A DNA stretch of 55,998 nucleotides from a virus (taxonomy: Duplodnaviria; Caudoviricetes). The position numbers were made by a program, and so were the translations under genes. Location of the stretch: positions 1-55,998 of IMG/VR virus record IMGVR_UViG_3300006802_000116; one strand, given 5' to 3'. The notes under the pieces are model-generated. The model did no database searches. It was not told the origin of the DNA and was given only the letters and a program-made list of their open reading frames with translations. Below, piece by piece: positions 18,885 through 27,615 of the stretch; position 1 is the first letter of the stretch, and each line of letters opens with the position of its first letter.

Positions 18885-19160
18885 TCAGTGGCGGCCCTTG
18901 GATTCCGAGCCGACGGCACCGCGGTAGATGGTGCCGGGCTCTGGCGTGGCAGTGGCGTCGACGATGCGACCGGCTGCCACGTAGCGGTTGATGCGTGAGG
19001 TATCGCCCAGCTGGCTGGCGAAGAGGGTGAACAGCTCGCTGATCGTCTTGCCCTTGGCCTGCTCGGCCGGGACGGTGACGATCTCCTCGTTGAGGGCCAG
19101 CTGGATGACGGAGGTGTCGGTGCCGCTGGCGCTGGGGCGAGCGAAGTTGAAGAGGCCCAT
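18885..19160 (-). CDS. Ubiquitin-like (beta-grasp) protein with C-terminal ...SESKG-RH
   Basis: 91 aa, beta-beta-helix (GKTISELF)-beta pattern, Gly two residues before the end, first gene of the JAB-E2-E1 cluster. Confidence 0.72.
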   Translation of the reverse strand: MGLFNFARPSASGTDTSVIQLALNEEIVTVPAEQAKGKTISELFTLFASQLGDTSRINRYVAAGRIVDATATPEPGTIYRGAVGSESKGRH

Positions 19161-19289
19161 GGGACGAAAGAACGAAGACAGGTGCGGTGTGTTGCCTGGC
19201 GTGGCGTGCGGCCAGGCGCGCAGGATGGCATGTTGACGCGCGGTCCGCCAGAGAGCGGCTGCGGATTGAAACGCGCAGGCGTCGTCATG

Positions 19290-19523
19290 TCAGAGGTGGC
19301 TGACGGGGAGGCTGTAGCGCTGCTCGAGCTCGTAGTCGGCGATGGCCTCGAGCACCTCCAGTTGGTCCGGCGTGTAGTCGTCCAGGTCGTCCTCGTCGGA
19401 GGAGACCAGGACCTCGCCGGGGAAGAGCTGTTCGAGGACCAGGCCGATGGGCTCGAGCTGGTCGGGGGTGCCGCGCACGGAGAGGCGGACGCGGCGATCG
19501 GAGCGGTATTGCGTGAGGACCAT
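19290..19523 (-). CDS. Small acidic hypothetical protein
   Basis: Likely start MVLTQYRS; DEDDLDDY tract. Confidence 0.6.
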   Translation of the reverse strand: MVLTQYRSDRRVRLSVRGTPDQLEPIGLVLEQLFPGEVLVSSDEDDLDDYTPDQLEVLEAIADYELEQRYSLPVSHL

Positions 19524-19524
19524 G

Positions 19525-19782
19525 TCAAGCGAGAGCGGCGGGCTTGGCTTTGGCGGTGCGGCGCTTGGGCTTGGCAGCGGCCGGCGCGGCGTGATGGACG
19601 CGAATGGAGCGAGCGGGGACGGGGACGGGAACACCCTGGTACGGGTGAGACTCACGCGACTCAGGCAGGGAGTCGGTGAGGCCCGGGAAGGCCTGCTCGA
19701 TGGCGGGTTTCAGTAAGCGCTGCCAGGTGACCACCGCAAGGGCGATGGTCCAGGCCGCGATGGTGATCAGGTGTTGGCGCAT
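19525..19782 (-). CDS. Small membrane-anchored protein with basic tail
   Basis: Likely start MRQHLITIAAWTIALAVV. Confidence 0.55.
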   Translation of the reverse strand: MRQHLITIAAWTIALAVVTWQRLLKPAIEQAFPGLTDSLPESRESHPYQGVPVPVPARSIRVHHAAPAAAKPKRRTAKAKPAALA

Positions 19783-19899
19783 GGAATCAGCCGGCGCGAG
19801 CCGGGGCGAAAGAACGGAAACGAAGCGGGGCGCCTGCATGCACTGCTGAACAGGCGCATGAAAAAGCCCCACCCAGCAGTGCCAGGTGGGGCGCAGGGA

Positions 19900-20397
19900 T
19901 CAGAACGGCACCTCGTCCAGGGTGGGCTCCTGGCCGAAAGGCTCCTCGATGGGCAGCTCAGCGGCAGGTGCCGAGTTGAGCACCTCGATGCGCTGAGCGC
20001 GGAGCTGTCTGCGCTGGCAGACGGGGTAGCCGCGGTCGTTGCGGACGATCTCGCCGTAGGTGGTCCAGTAGCCGCTGATGGCGACGCGGGCCCACTCGGT
20101 GTTGTTCGCGATCGAGAGAATCTGGCTGGCGATGGGCACACCGTTGTCGGTGGCGATGATCGAGTCGATGGGCAGGTCGACGCGCAGCTCCTGCTCACCA
20201 CGCCGCTCGGAGGCGGAGTTGGTGAGGATGGCGCAGACCGTGCGCTTGCCGTCCGGTCGCGTGATGTCCTTGACGGCCTTGAGCATGCCGACGAGTCGGG
20301 TCATGCCGGCCGCCTTGGGATCAGCGGGTTGGGCGGCCAGTTGGGATTCGAGCTCGGCGATGCGAGCTTCGAGGTCGGCCTTGGTGGCGGTTGCCAT
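19900..20397 (-). CDS. OB-fold/SSB-like protein with DEVPF C-terminus
   Basis: N-terminal coiled coil, RLVG...RVAISGYW...LRAQRIEVL beta pattern, acidic tail ending DEVPF. Confidence 0.55.
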   Translation of the reverse strand: MATATKADLEARIAELESQLAAQPADPKAAGMTRLVGMLKAVKDITRPDGKRTVCAILTNSASERRGEQELRVDLPIDSIIATDNGVPIASQILSIANNTEWARVAISGYWTTYGEIVRNDRGYPVCQRRQLRAQRIEVLNSAPAAELPIEEPFGQEPTLDEVPF

Positions 20398-20527
20398 GGT
20401 GATTCCCGGGTGTGCCGGGGCGAAAGAACACCGGTGCCTCTCGTCAGACAGCGCCAATGCACTGCTGAAGAGGGGCAATAAAAAAGCCCCCACCCGCAGA
20501 AGCGAGTGAGGGCAGGGGCGGATGGCC

Positions 20528-20800
20528 TCAGAAGGGGCAGACATCCAGCTCGAGTTGGTGGATCAGCGGCCGGTTGCGGACCGCGATCTCTCTGCAGTAG
20601 TCGATGTGACGGCGCTGCAGGTCACCGAGGATGTGACCGTCCATGAGCTGGTCGATCATCTCCTCGAGATGCAGGCGTGCCGTCTCGACTTCCTGCAGGA
20701 TCTCGCCGTGGAGCTTGCGGCCGTCCTCGGCGAGGACGACGCCGCTGCGGGCGAGGAGGCGGAGTTGCTGGCTGAGGCGATAGAGGGTTCCTTCGGACAT
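20528..20800 (-). CDS. Hypothetical early protein
   Basis: Likely start MSEGTLYR; forms its own cassette. Confidence 0.6.
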   Translation of the reverse strand: MSEGTLYRLSQQLRLLARSGVVLAEDGRKLHGEILQEVETARLHLEEMIDQLMDGHILGDLQRRHIDYCREIAVRNRPLIHQLELDVCPF

Positions 20801-20918
20801 GGACCGAACCCGGGCGACCCGGGGTGAAAGAACGGCCGGAGTCAGGCCGCGCGAATGCACGGCTGAAGAGGGCCAATGAAAAAGCCCCCACCCGCAGATG
20901 CGAGTGAGGGCGTCGGGG

Positions 20919-21086
20919 TTAGAGGGCGAGAGGCGGCGCGTCCACCGCGGTCATGTACTCATCGAAGCTGAGCACGTAGGGGCTGTGGTACTCGGCCTCC
21001 TCTCTGGAGTTGTGGAGCCGTGCGGCCCAACCGCAATCGGGATCGGTGGGATCGACGGGCTCGTAAGCGACGAAGAGCGTGGACAC
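20919..21086 (-). CDS. Hypothetical early protein
   Basis: GTG start 18 nt after the early motif. Confidence 0.5.
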   Translation of the reverse strand: MSTLFVAYEPVDPTDPDCGWAARLHNSREEAEYHSPYVLSFDEYMTAVDAPPLAL

Positions 21087-21169
21087 CGGCGTGAGGCAGC
21101 GCGCATGCACTGCTGAGAGAGGTCACGCAAAAGAGCCCCCACCCGCTGCGGCGAGTGAGGGCAGGTGCG

Positions 21170-21349
21170 TTAGCGCGCCGCGAGGTAGGTGCGGCAGAAC
21201 TCCATGTGGGCCGCGTGCTGATGGACGGGCCAGTCCTGGCGTGCGCATTGATCCCGCGTGGCGCGATCGAGGTGCGCTGCGGCGGCGTGGAGTGAGCCCA
21301 TCAGGAGAACGGGCGCGGTAATCAGAAGCGCGATGAAGGTGCGCGTCAT
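21170..21349 (-). CDS. Small secreted/membrane early protein
   Basis: Start MTRTFIALLITAPVLL 17 nt after the early motif; two Cys. Confidence 0.55.
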   Translation of the reverse strand: MTRTFIALLITAPVLLMGSLHAAAAHLDRATRDQCARQDWPVHQHAAHMEFCRTYLAAR

Positions 21350-21389
21350 CGAAGTAGGCAGCGCGAATGCACTGCTGAAGAGGGACACA

Positions 21390-22070
21390 AACGAACCTCC
21401 GAATCGGTTAAACTGTGAGCACAGAAGCGCATACCCCCGCGGGCGTGAGATTTGACCCCGCCGCGGTCGAGTGTGTGCAAGAGTAGGACGAAAACGCAAC
21501 GCGAATGCGTGCGCGTGCGCGTGCGGCGTTGCGGTTGCAGAGGTGTAGCGCGGCGAGGGGCGTTGGACTTCCGCAGTTAGGAGAGGGGCGATAGCGCGCA
21601 AAAGTAAGCGGTTGAGCGATAGATAGCAAGCGCACATGCGAGGCGTGATTGATACTGAAGCAGCGCATCTGCTAGCGCGTGCGTCATCGCGTGTCAGCAG
21701 TGGCTATGCACATCGCGGCGCTCATTACTGCGCTCGCTTAACCTACGCTCACTCGGGATCATTGCGCCGCAACGCATTTCGCGACGCGTTGCGTGCTACT
21801 GCTGCTACGGCTGGGCTTCGCTGCTGCGCAATCTTTTTTTTGTTTGCCAACCTCCCTAACTATGCGCGGGTGTTTGATGTTTACCGCGCGGCGCAATAAA
21901 AAACTGACCCTTTCCAGGGGAGCGGCGCCCATGAACGGCTTGATTCCTAGGGGTAAATTTCGCGTATTTCTGCGCACTTCAGTTGCGACGCGCTCAGTGC
22001 GGCAAAAACGGCCAGCGCGATGCGGAGAATGCGGCAGATTGCACTTCTTAGACTGATCTCACGAAAAGAA
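21390..22070. other. Non-coding divergence region (candidate genome terminus or origin)
   Basis: No credible ORF; GCGT/GCGC iterations, inverted repeat at 21768-21793, A/T runs; point of strand switch. Confidence 0.45.
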
Positions 22071-22074
22071 CGGC

Positions 22075-24810
22075 GTGTCGTACATGGATCGCGGTATCGG
22101 CGGGATTGGAAGTATCCGCGACATTGGCGATCCATACGATCCGCGGCGCGGGCTGCCGATCATTGAGCAGCGCAATATCCCAGGGCTCGTGGCCGGAAAA
22201 AGCGCGATGCTCTACACGCCGAGCTACCTCGACGACGTGGCCGGCTACATGGCGCGGGTCGCCCAGGCGGCCGGGCGTGGCTCGCTAAGCAATGCGGATC
22301 CAGCGGCCGGTGTCTATGTCCCTAGCAGCGGGCAGCTCTCGCTTGGTATCCGCCCCGGGCGTTCGACACCTGAGTCAGTGCTCATTCCGCAGTCTGAGCC
22401 GCTATTGGAGCAGGCGGTCGCAGCGGCCGAGCAAGAACGAAGGGCGCGACCTGATCGGGTAGCCAGGCCGGCAAGAGGTGACGATGCGGGGCGGCCTTTG
22501 GGCATTCTGCTTGGGGGCGCCCCCGCGCAGCTCGAGTCGGGGGCAGGGCTGGTTGACGCGCTCAGAGGCAATCCCGCCGCGTCGGTACCTGGCGACCAAA
22601 TTGTGATCGCGCGCCCTCGTACGGAGCTGCCTGCCGATTCGCGCCTCCTGGACAGGGATCGTTTCACTGGTACCACTGACTGGTCGGATCCCAGTCGCCC
22701 AGGACCAGCACGTGAAGCCGACCGCGTCGCCGCCCGTGGTCGCGCAGCAGCTGATGCCGTCATCGGAAATTGGTCCGGAGTCGTCAGGGACGCCAACCTC
22801 GGTGATTACGAGCGCATTGCTAATGAGCTGCTTGGCGAGGAGCCGATTTCCGTGCGCAGTGTTGACGAGAGCGTCAGTGATAACGAGCGCATCGGCGCCT
22901 TCACATCCGAAGACCCAACCGAGTCCGAGGGACGCAAGCAGCCATCCGGCGACATCAACCCCTACTACAGCGTCGAGGTACCTGCTCGCGTAGCCCGCGC
23001 TGATGGACGAGGACTGAGCTGGACTGTCGACACCGGGCGCGGCTTCCGCCCTGCCTCTGCAGTTATTGACCCCTCGCAGATCAAGGAGACTCGGACTCAG
23101 AACCCGATGCGGAAGCAAGGAACCCGCGGCGGCTTTGCGAATGAGTCGGACAACACGGCCTCTTTCCAGCGTGAAAAGCAGATCAATATCGGCGATCTAG
23201 TGAAAGAGGCAATGGAGCAAGCCAAGACGCCGGTCATCACCAAAAGTGCCCTCGAGGCTGCGCGTGCAGCAGGGCGTGCACGAGCAGCTGCACCGGAAGA
23301 GCGTGACCGCAACCTGGTCGGCTACATCATTCCACCCGGTCAGACGGAGGAATTGCCTGTTTACGCGGTCACGGAAGGGCGTGGCGGCCCGCGGAAGACG
23401 ACTGCGGTGCAGCGCCCTAGTGCCGACGACCCCTTGCGAGGGGTGGACAGCGTTGACGAGGAGTACTTCCGGATTGGTAGCCCGACCAATCGCGATGCAA
23501 CGGCTTTGCGTAATGAGCTGAGGCGCATCCTCGGAGTGGATGCGGCCAGTGAAACAGGCCCCGCACCGCTGCTGGCCAACACGTGGGACCGCCGATTCGC
23601 GGAAGAGAAGCTCGGATCGCCTTCGCTGGAGCAATTTGCCAAGGAATTGGAGGGTGGAGCCTTCATGCAAGACCCCCAGGAGGGGGCGTCGGTGTATAAG
23701 AAGCTGGCCCGAGCCCTGGAAACGGGCTACTTGGAGGTGCCTGATCGCACGCGTGGCGCCCGGCCCGGTGCGATGACCGTGGTTCCGATCGATCGCGGCA
23801 CCATCTTGGGCCTCTACTCCGGTCTGTCGGGGCAAGACACCCCTGAAATCGCGGCCGCAAAGCAGTTTCGAGCCTTCCTGCAGGAAGCTCCGAGGCCTTT
23901 GACGCCACAAGAAGGGGTGGACGCCGCAACACAGTTCGCCGCTCGCTGGGGTGTAGACACCAATGCCGTACTTCGCGCAGCCGCGGAGAGGCAAGATGTT
24001 GAAATTCCGCTCCCAGGTGCGGCCGGTGGGGTGAAGAGGGTCTCTGTGCCGGCAAACGACCCGGGTCGCCCCCTCTTTGCGCCCGGATCCGCGGCAGAAG
24101 AGCTCCTAGGTCAGGCGCTGCGGGAAATTCGTGGTGGTCGGGAGGTGGACCTGTTCAAGGAGCCGCCCTCTGAAGGGGAAATCGGCGACCCGCTTAGGAC
24201 GGGGGACCTCGAGGAAGCAGTGATGGCGGCGGCGGGCGCGGAAGACCTCAACGAGAAGGCGGCAATGGTCTTCGGGTTTGACCCCGAGGACGACTTTTCC
24301 GGCATGGCGGCCGGCGGGGCCCCTCGGCAAGCGCGTTATGGCGACTTTGGCGACGCAAACAGTGGTATTTCGGTGCAAAAACTGGGTGCCCAAGCCGATG
24401 ACCCGCTAACTCGCGCCGCAATCGCCCTAACTGGGGATGTCAGTCAGGGTGTCTACCTTGCGGACGCGGCAAGGCGAAATGCGGCACCGGGTCGCGTGGC
24501 GCCCGTGAATCAATACGGCAGCGCGGTTGGAATCATTGAGGATCTGCCCGCGCGTGACCCTAGAGCGGTCCTCATGGAGCTTGCCGGCCGCCGCAGTCCG
24601 GTTGAGATCACGCCCGGACCGCAGCAGTTGCGTGCGAAATACCAGGGTGATTTCGCCTCTACCAGTGGGCAAGGGAAACCGGTGCTCGGGCAGAGGGGTT
24701 ACCAGATGATGGCCCAGGCCCTAGGTGGTGATCCCGGCTCGGCGGCCCACGAGAGAGCGATGCAGCTCCTGGCATCACGGCTGGCGGGCCGTCGCGGAGG
24801 TGCGGCATGA
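22075..24810 (+). CDS. Large hypothetical protein, putative internal virion/ejection protein
   Basis: 911 aa, first gene of the late arm, no recognisable motif. Confidence 0.6.
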   Translation: MSYMDRGIGGIGSIRDIGDPYDPRRGLPIIEQRNIPGLVAGKSAMLYTPSYLDDVAGYMARVAQAAGRGSLSNADPAAGVYVPSSGQLSLGIRPGRSTPESVLIPQSEPLLEQAVAAAEQERRARPDRVARPARGDDAGRPLGILLGGAPAQLESGAGLVDALRGNPAASVPGDQIVIARPRTELPADSRLLDRDRFTGTTDWSDPSRPGPAREADRVAARGRAAADAVIGNWSGVVRDANLGDYERIANELLGEEPISVRSVDESVSDNERIGAFTSEDPTESEGRKQPSGDINPYYSVEVPARVARADGRGLSWTVDTGRGFRPASAVIDPSQIKETRTQNPMRKQGTRGGFANESDNTASFQREKQINIGDLVKEAMEQAKTPVITKSALEAARAAGRARAAAPEERDRNLVGYIIPPGQTEELPVYAVTEGRGGPRKTTAVQRPSADDPLRGVDSVDEEYFRIGSPTNRDATALRNELRRILGVDAASETGPAPLLANTWDRRFAEEKLGSPSLEQFAKELEGGAFMQDPQEGASVYKKLARALETGYLEVPDRTRGARPGAMTVVPIDRGTILGLYSGLSGQDTPEIAAAKQFRAFLQEAPRPLTPQEGVDAATQFAARWGVDTNAVLRAAAERQDVEIPLPGAAGGVKRVSVPANDPGRPLFAPGSAAEELLGQALREIRGGREVDLFKEPPSEGEIGDPLRTGDLEEAVMAAAGAEDLNEKAAMVFGFDPEDDFSGMAAGGAPRQARYGDFGDANSGISVQKLGAQADDPLTRAAIALTGDVSQGVYLADAARRNAAPGRVAPVNQYGSAVGIIEDLPARDPRAVLMELAGRRSPVEITPGPQQLRAKYQGDFASTSGQGKPVLGQRGYQMMAQALGGDPGSAAHERAMQLLASRLAGRRGGAA

Positions 24811-25046
24811 GCGGCGAACAGCGCGCCAAGGCCAAGGGATTGGCCCAGGCTTTCCGCAAGATGGACAAACCCGCCAGTAAAGGCGGCACCGGTGGCACGT
24901 TCACAGCAGCGGCCACCAAGGCGGGGCATGTCGATAGTCCCGAGGGGCGCAAGGCATTCGCCGACCAGGTGCTGAGTAGTCCGGACAACTACTCCGACAA
25001 GATGGTGAAGAAGGCCAGCTTTTACCGCAACGTAATCAGCAAATAA
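24807..25046 (+). CDS. Small basic protein
   Basis: 79 aa, ATGA-coupled. Confidence 0.6.
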   Translation: MSGEQRAKAKGLAQAFRKMDKPASKGGTGGTFTAAATKAGHVDSPEGRKAFADQVLSSPDNYSDKMVKKASFYRNVISK

Positions 25047-25080
25047 CGGCCGCTAGACTGAGCTGAGGCTGAAGAGAGTT

Positions 25081-25383
25081 GTGGCATTCCCCCTGGGCCA
25101 GCGAGGAAGCGACGCCATTGGCAGCGCCCTGGACCAGGCTGTCAACAGCAAGCAGGAACTAAGGGAGCGGCCGGTCACGTTCGGCTATGAGAATGGGGCG
25201 CCGACGCGGTTCGCTGGCGACACGTTTAAGAATATGGGGATGGATGGCGATTTTGGTCCCATGACGGGAGATAAAAAGAACAAAGAGGCGCAGGACTATA
25301 TGAAGGACTGGGTAGGTCAGCTGATGAATGGCGCCTATTCGCCGTTGCAGGATGGCGGACCGCCGCCAGGAGGAGTGGCCTGA
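25081..25383 (+). CDS. Hypothetical protein
   Basis: 100 aa, downstream of TAGACT. Confidence 0.6.
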   Translation: MAFPLGQRGSDAIGSALDQAVNSKQELRERPVTFGYENGAPTRFAGDTFKNMGMDGDFGPMTGDKKNKEAQDYMKDWVGQLMNGAYSPLQDGGPPPGGVA

Positions 25384-25889
25384 TGAGATTTGCTGGCGCG
25401 AAGAACTTCCTCAAGGAAGTCATTGATGCCGTCAAGCCCAGCGGACTGGGTGACGCCGCGATGCGATTTGGCCCTGACCTGTTCATGGCCGGTCTAGCCG
25501 CCGCAAAGGCTCCGCAGGGGACTGACGCTACAGGTCGTGCGTTGATCGGCCTGGAGGACGCAGGCATCGGCTTGGGGAGCTCTTTGCTGATGGGCGGCCT
25601 GGCGCGGGCGGGGGCGCGCAGAGGATTTGCGCATTTGGCCCCTGAACTGCTGGAGCGGCGCGTCGATCAGGCAGGCATCGCCGGAGACGTTCTGGCCATG
25701 GTGCCGACAATGACTCTGCCGCGCCCGGCATGGGACGCTGCTGTCGAGAAGGCGATCCGAGGGCAGTCCAATCAAGAGGAGTTTCAGCAGCAGGCTGAAC
25801 AAGGCGACCTGGAGGCCCATCTGCTGGCGAGCTTGATGCAGGGCACGGCGCTGTTGCCGCAGCCTCAGGCGGCGAACCTGTTGATGTGA
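25383..25889 (+). CDS. Putative virion protein
   Basis: Ala/Gly/Gln-rich, coupled. Confidence 0.6.
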   Translation: MRFAGAKNFLKEVIDAVKPSGLGDAAMRFGPDLFMAGLAAAKAPQGTDATGRALIGLEDAGIGLGSSLLMGGLARAGARRGFAHLAPELLERRVDQAGIAGDVLAMVPTMTLPRPAWDAAVEKAIRGQSNQEEFQQQAEQGDLEAHLLASLMQGTALLPQPQAANLLM

Positions 25890-27253
25890 TGGCGGACGCA
25901 GGCGGCTGGGACTACCGCTCAATTCTCGAGCAGGCGGCTCTGGCGGATCCAGGGAATTACACGCGGACGCTGAGCGATCCGTCGATCCTGGAGGACGTCT
26001 TTGGGCGCTCCCAGGCGCTCGACCTGCTGCGGCAATACCTGCCCGAGAACCTTGGCAGTACACGAGTTGGCCAGCAGCTGGCGGCGTACATCCCCGCAGG
26101 GCCGGGGTCGGAGTCGTTCCGCGAGAAGGCGCGTCGGGCGCTGAACGCGACACCGCTGGGCGGGTACTCGGCCAAGCGCATGGAGGAGTACGACTTCGCC
26201 CGCGCCCAGGATGACAAGCTGCGCCGCGAGACCGTCCGCGCCGGCAAGGTGCCGACGACGGGCTTAACCGGCGAAATCGACACGCCGACACTGCGGGCGG
26301 GTGCGACCCAGGCCGCTGGTGCCACGTTGGCCGATGCGACGACGGATGGAGCGCGAAACATCTGGTGGTTCCTGAATGCGCCTCAGGCATTGGCCACCTT
26401 GGCGGTTCTCCATGCCGTGCAGAGCGCCGGAAATGACTTCGAGATGGAGCGGCCCGACGGTGCCAAGGGCCCACTGCTCTCAAAGCGTGGATTGCGCCTG
26501 GCTGCGGCAGTGCCGGCCGTGATCGGAATGTCGCTGGCGGTCGGCAATGCTGCGCGGCAGCCCGGGTATAAAGCAGTCGTGCCGAGTGAAGCTGACCCGA
26601 CCCAGAGCGCGGACCCCCTGGGCGAGACAGTTTCGAGGTACTTCCTTGGTCGCACCGGTGCACTGCTGCCCTACGACGAATTCGTTAAGGAACGCCCGGA
26701 TGTCAGTCGCTCGGAGTACGAGGAATACAAGGCGTACCTCTTTGGTAATGCCCTGCCAGTGAAAGCGACGCTGGAGGGTATTCACGGCCCTGAGGTGACG
26801 TTCATGGGCAAGAGCATTCCCGTGGCCACAGGGATCCTGCCGGCGGTGGCTGCAGCGATCGGCGCGGGCATGGGCGTGCGCAAGGCCGGCATGCGCTTGA
26901 AGGAGGGCGGTCAGTTCAAGCTCCTGCAGCAGAAGCAAGAGAGCCTGTCGGAGGCGAAGTCGGCTCTGTATCGCACGGGAAATGATCCGTCGTCCTCGCC
27001 TGCGGCCATGGCTGAGGCCAAGGCGGCCGCTGTTGGCGCGCAGCGTGATTTCGACCAGCAGCAGAAGGACAATGACCTGGAGCTGTTCAAGCACGCCGCA
27101 GGGCAGAGTGCGCTGTGGATGGCAGGTGCTGGCCTGGCCGGGCAGACTTTAGAATCGATTCGCCGGGCCCTGAAGGGTAGGGCTGAGATTGAAGAGATAG
27201 ACCCAGAGGAACAGCAAGTGCCCCTGACCGGTAAGCCTGAGGTGATGCGATGA
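25886..27253 (+). CDS. Putative internal virion protein with hydrophobic segments
   Basis: 455 aa, coupled, Ala/Gly-rich amphipathic helices. Confidence 0.6.
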   Translation: MMADAGGWDYRSILEQAALADPGNYTRTLSDPSILEDVFGRSQALDLLRQYLPENLGSTRVGQQLAAYIPAGPGSESFREKARRALNATPLGGYSAKRMEEYDFARAQDDKLRRETVRAGKVPTTGLTGEIDTPTLRAGATQAAGATLADATTDGARNIWWFLNAPQALATLAVLHAVQSAGNDFEMERPDGAKGPLLSKRGLRLAAAVPAVIGMSLAVGNAARQPGYKAVVPSEADPTQSADPLGETVSRYFLGRTGALLPYDEFVKERPDVSRSEYEEYKAYLFGNALPVKATLEGIHGPEVTFMGKSIPVATGILPAVAAAIGAGMGVRKAGMRLKEGGQFKLLQQKQESLSEAKSALYRTGNDPSSSPAAMAEAKAAAVGAQRDFDQQQKDNDLELFKHAAGQSALWMAGAGLAGQTLESIRRALKGRAEIEEIDPEEQQVPLTGKPEVMR

Positions 27254-27615
27254 GGGTTCCAATCGCGGGATTTAGTCCAAGTCGTGATAGCGAGATCTTC
27301 ACAGACACGTCAGATGTCAACCAGGGCATCAGCGGGTCATTGGCCGCCGGCGGAATTCGCGGGCTGGCACGCCTCAGGGCTGCGAACTACCTTGCCGATG
27401 CGCAGCTAGCGGCCGCCAGGGGCGACGCGAACACTTCGATCCTGAATGGGGCGATCGGCGGCCTCACGAGTCTGGGAGCGGGGGCATTTAAGGCATGGAA
27501 GGCAAACGCGCCAACCACCGGCACTGGCACGCCAGGCGCTCCGTCAATTGATGTCGCGAACCCGACCGCGGGCGAAAGGGCCCTGATGGGCGCAACCTAT
27601 AAGGGGTGGCTGTGA
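27250..27615 (+). CDS. Putative virion protein
   Basis: Gly/Ala-rich, coupled. Confidence 0.55.
   Translation: MRVPIAGFSPSRDSEIFTDTSDVNQGISGSLAAGGIRGLARLRAANYLADAQLAAARGDANTSILNGAIGGLTSLGAGAFKAWKANAPTTGTGTPGAPSIDVANPTAGERALMGATYKGWL

Larger units (their letters stand above)
19860..21163 (-). terminator. Four related terminators (19860-19893, 20479-20515, 20878-20912, 21128-21163)
   Basis: Plus-strand aaaaagcccc(c)accc...g(g/a)gtg(a/g)ggc hairpins, each next to a copy of the early motif. Confidence 0.7.
10142..21384 (-). promoter_or_regulatory. Seven copies of a conserved upstream motif, minus strand CC(T)CTTCAGCAGTGCAT (putative phage early promoter/operator)
   Basis: Plus-strand ATGCAC(T/C/G)GCTGA..AGG at 10142, 14421, 19838, 20457, 20855, 21105, 21367; each intergenic and upstream of a minus-strand start. 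Confidence 0.75.

Noticed and set aside
19800-21400. Regularly spaced repeats as a CRISPR array or integron attC array
   Set aside because: The spacers are whole ORFs of variable length, the repeats are terminator plus motif, and no cas or integrase gene is in the window.
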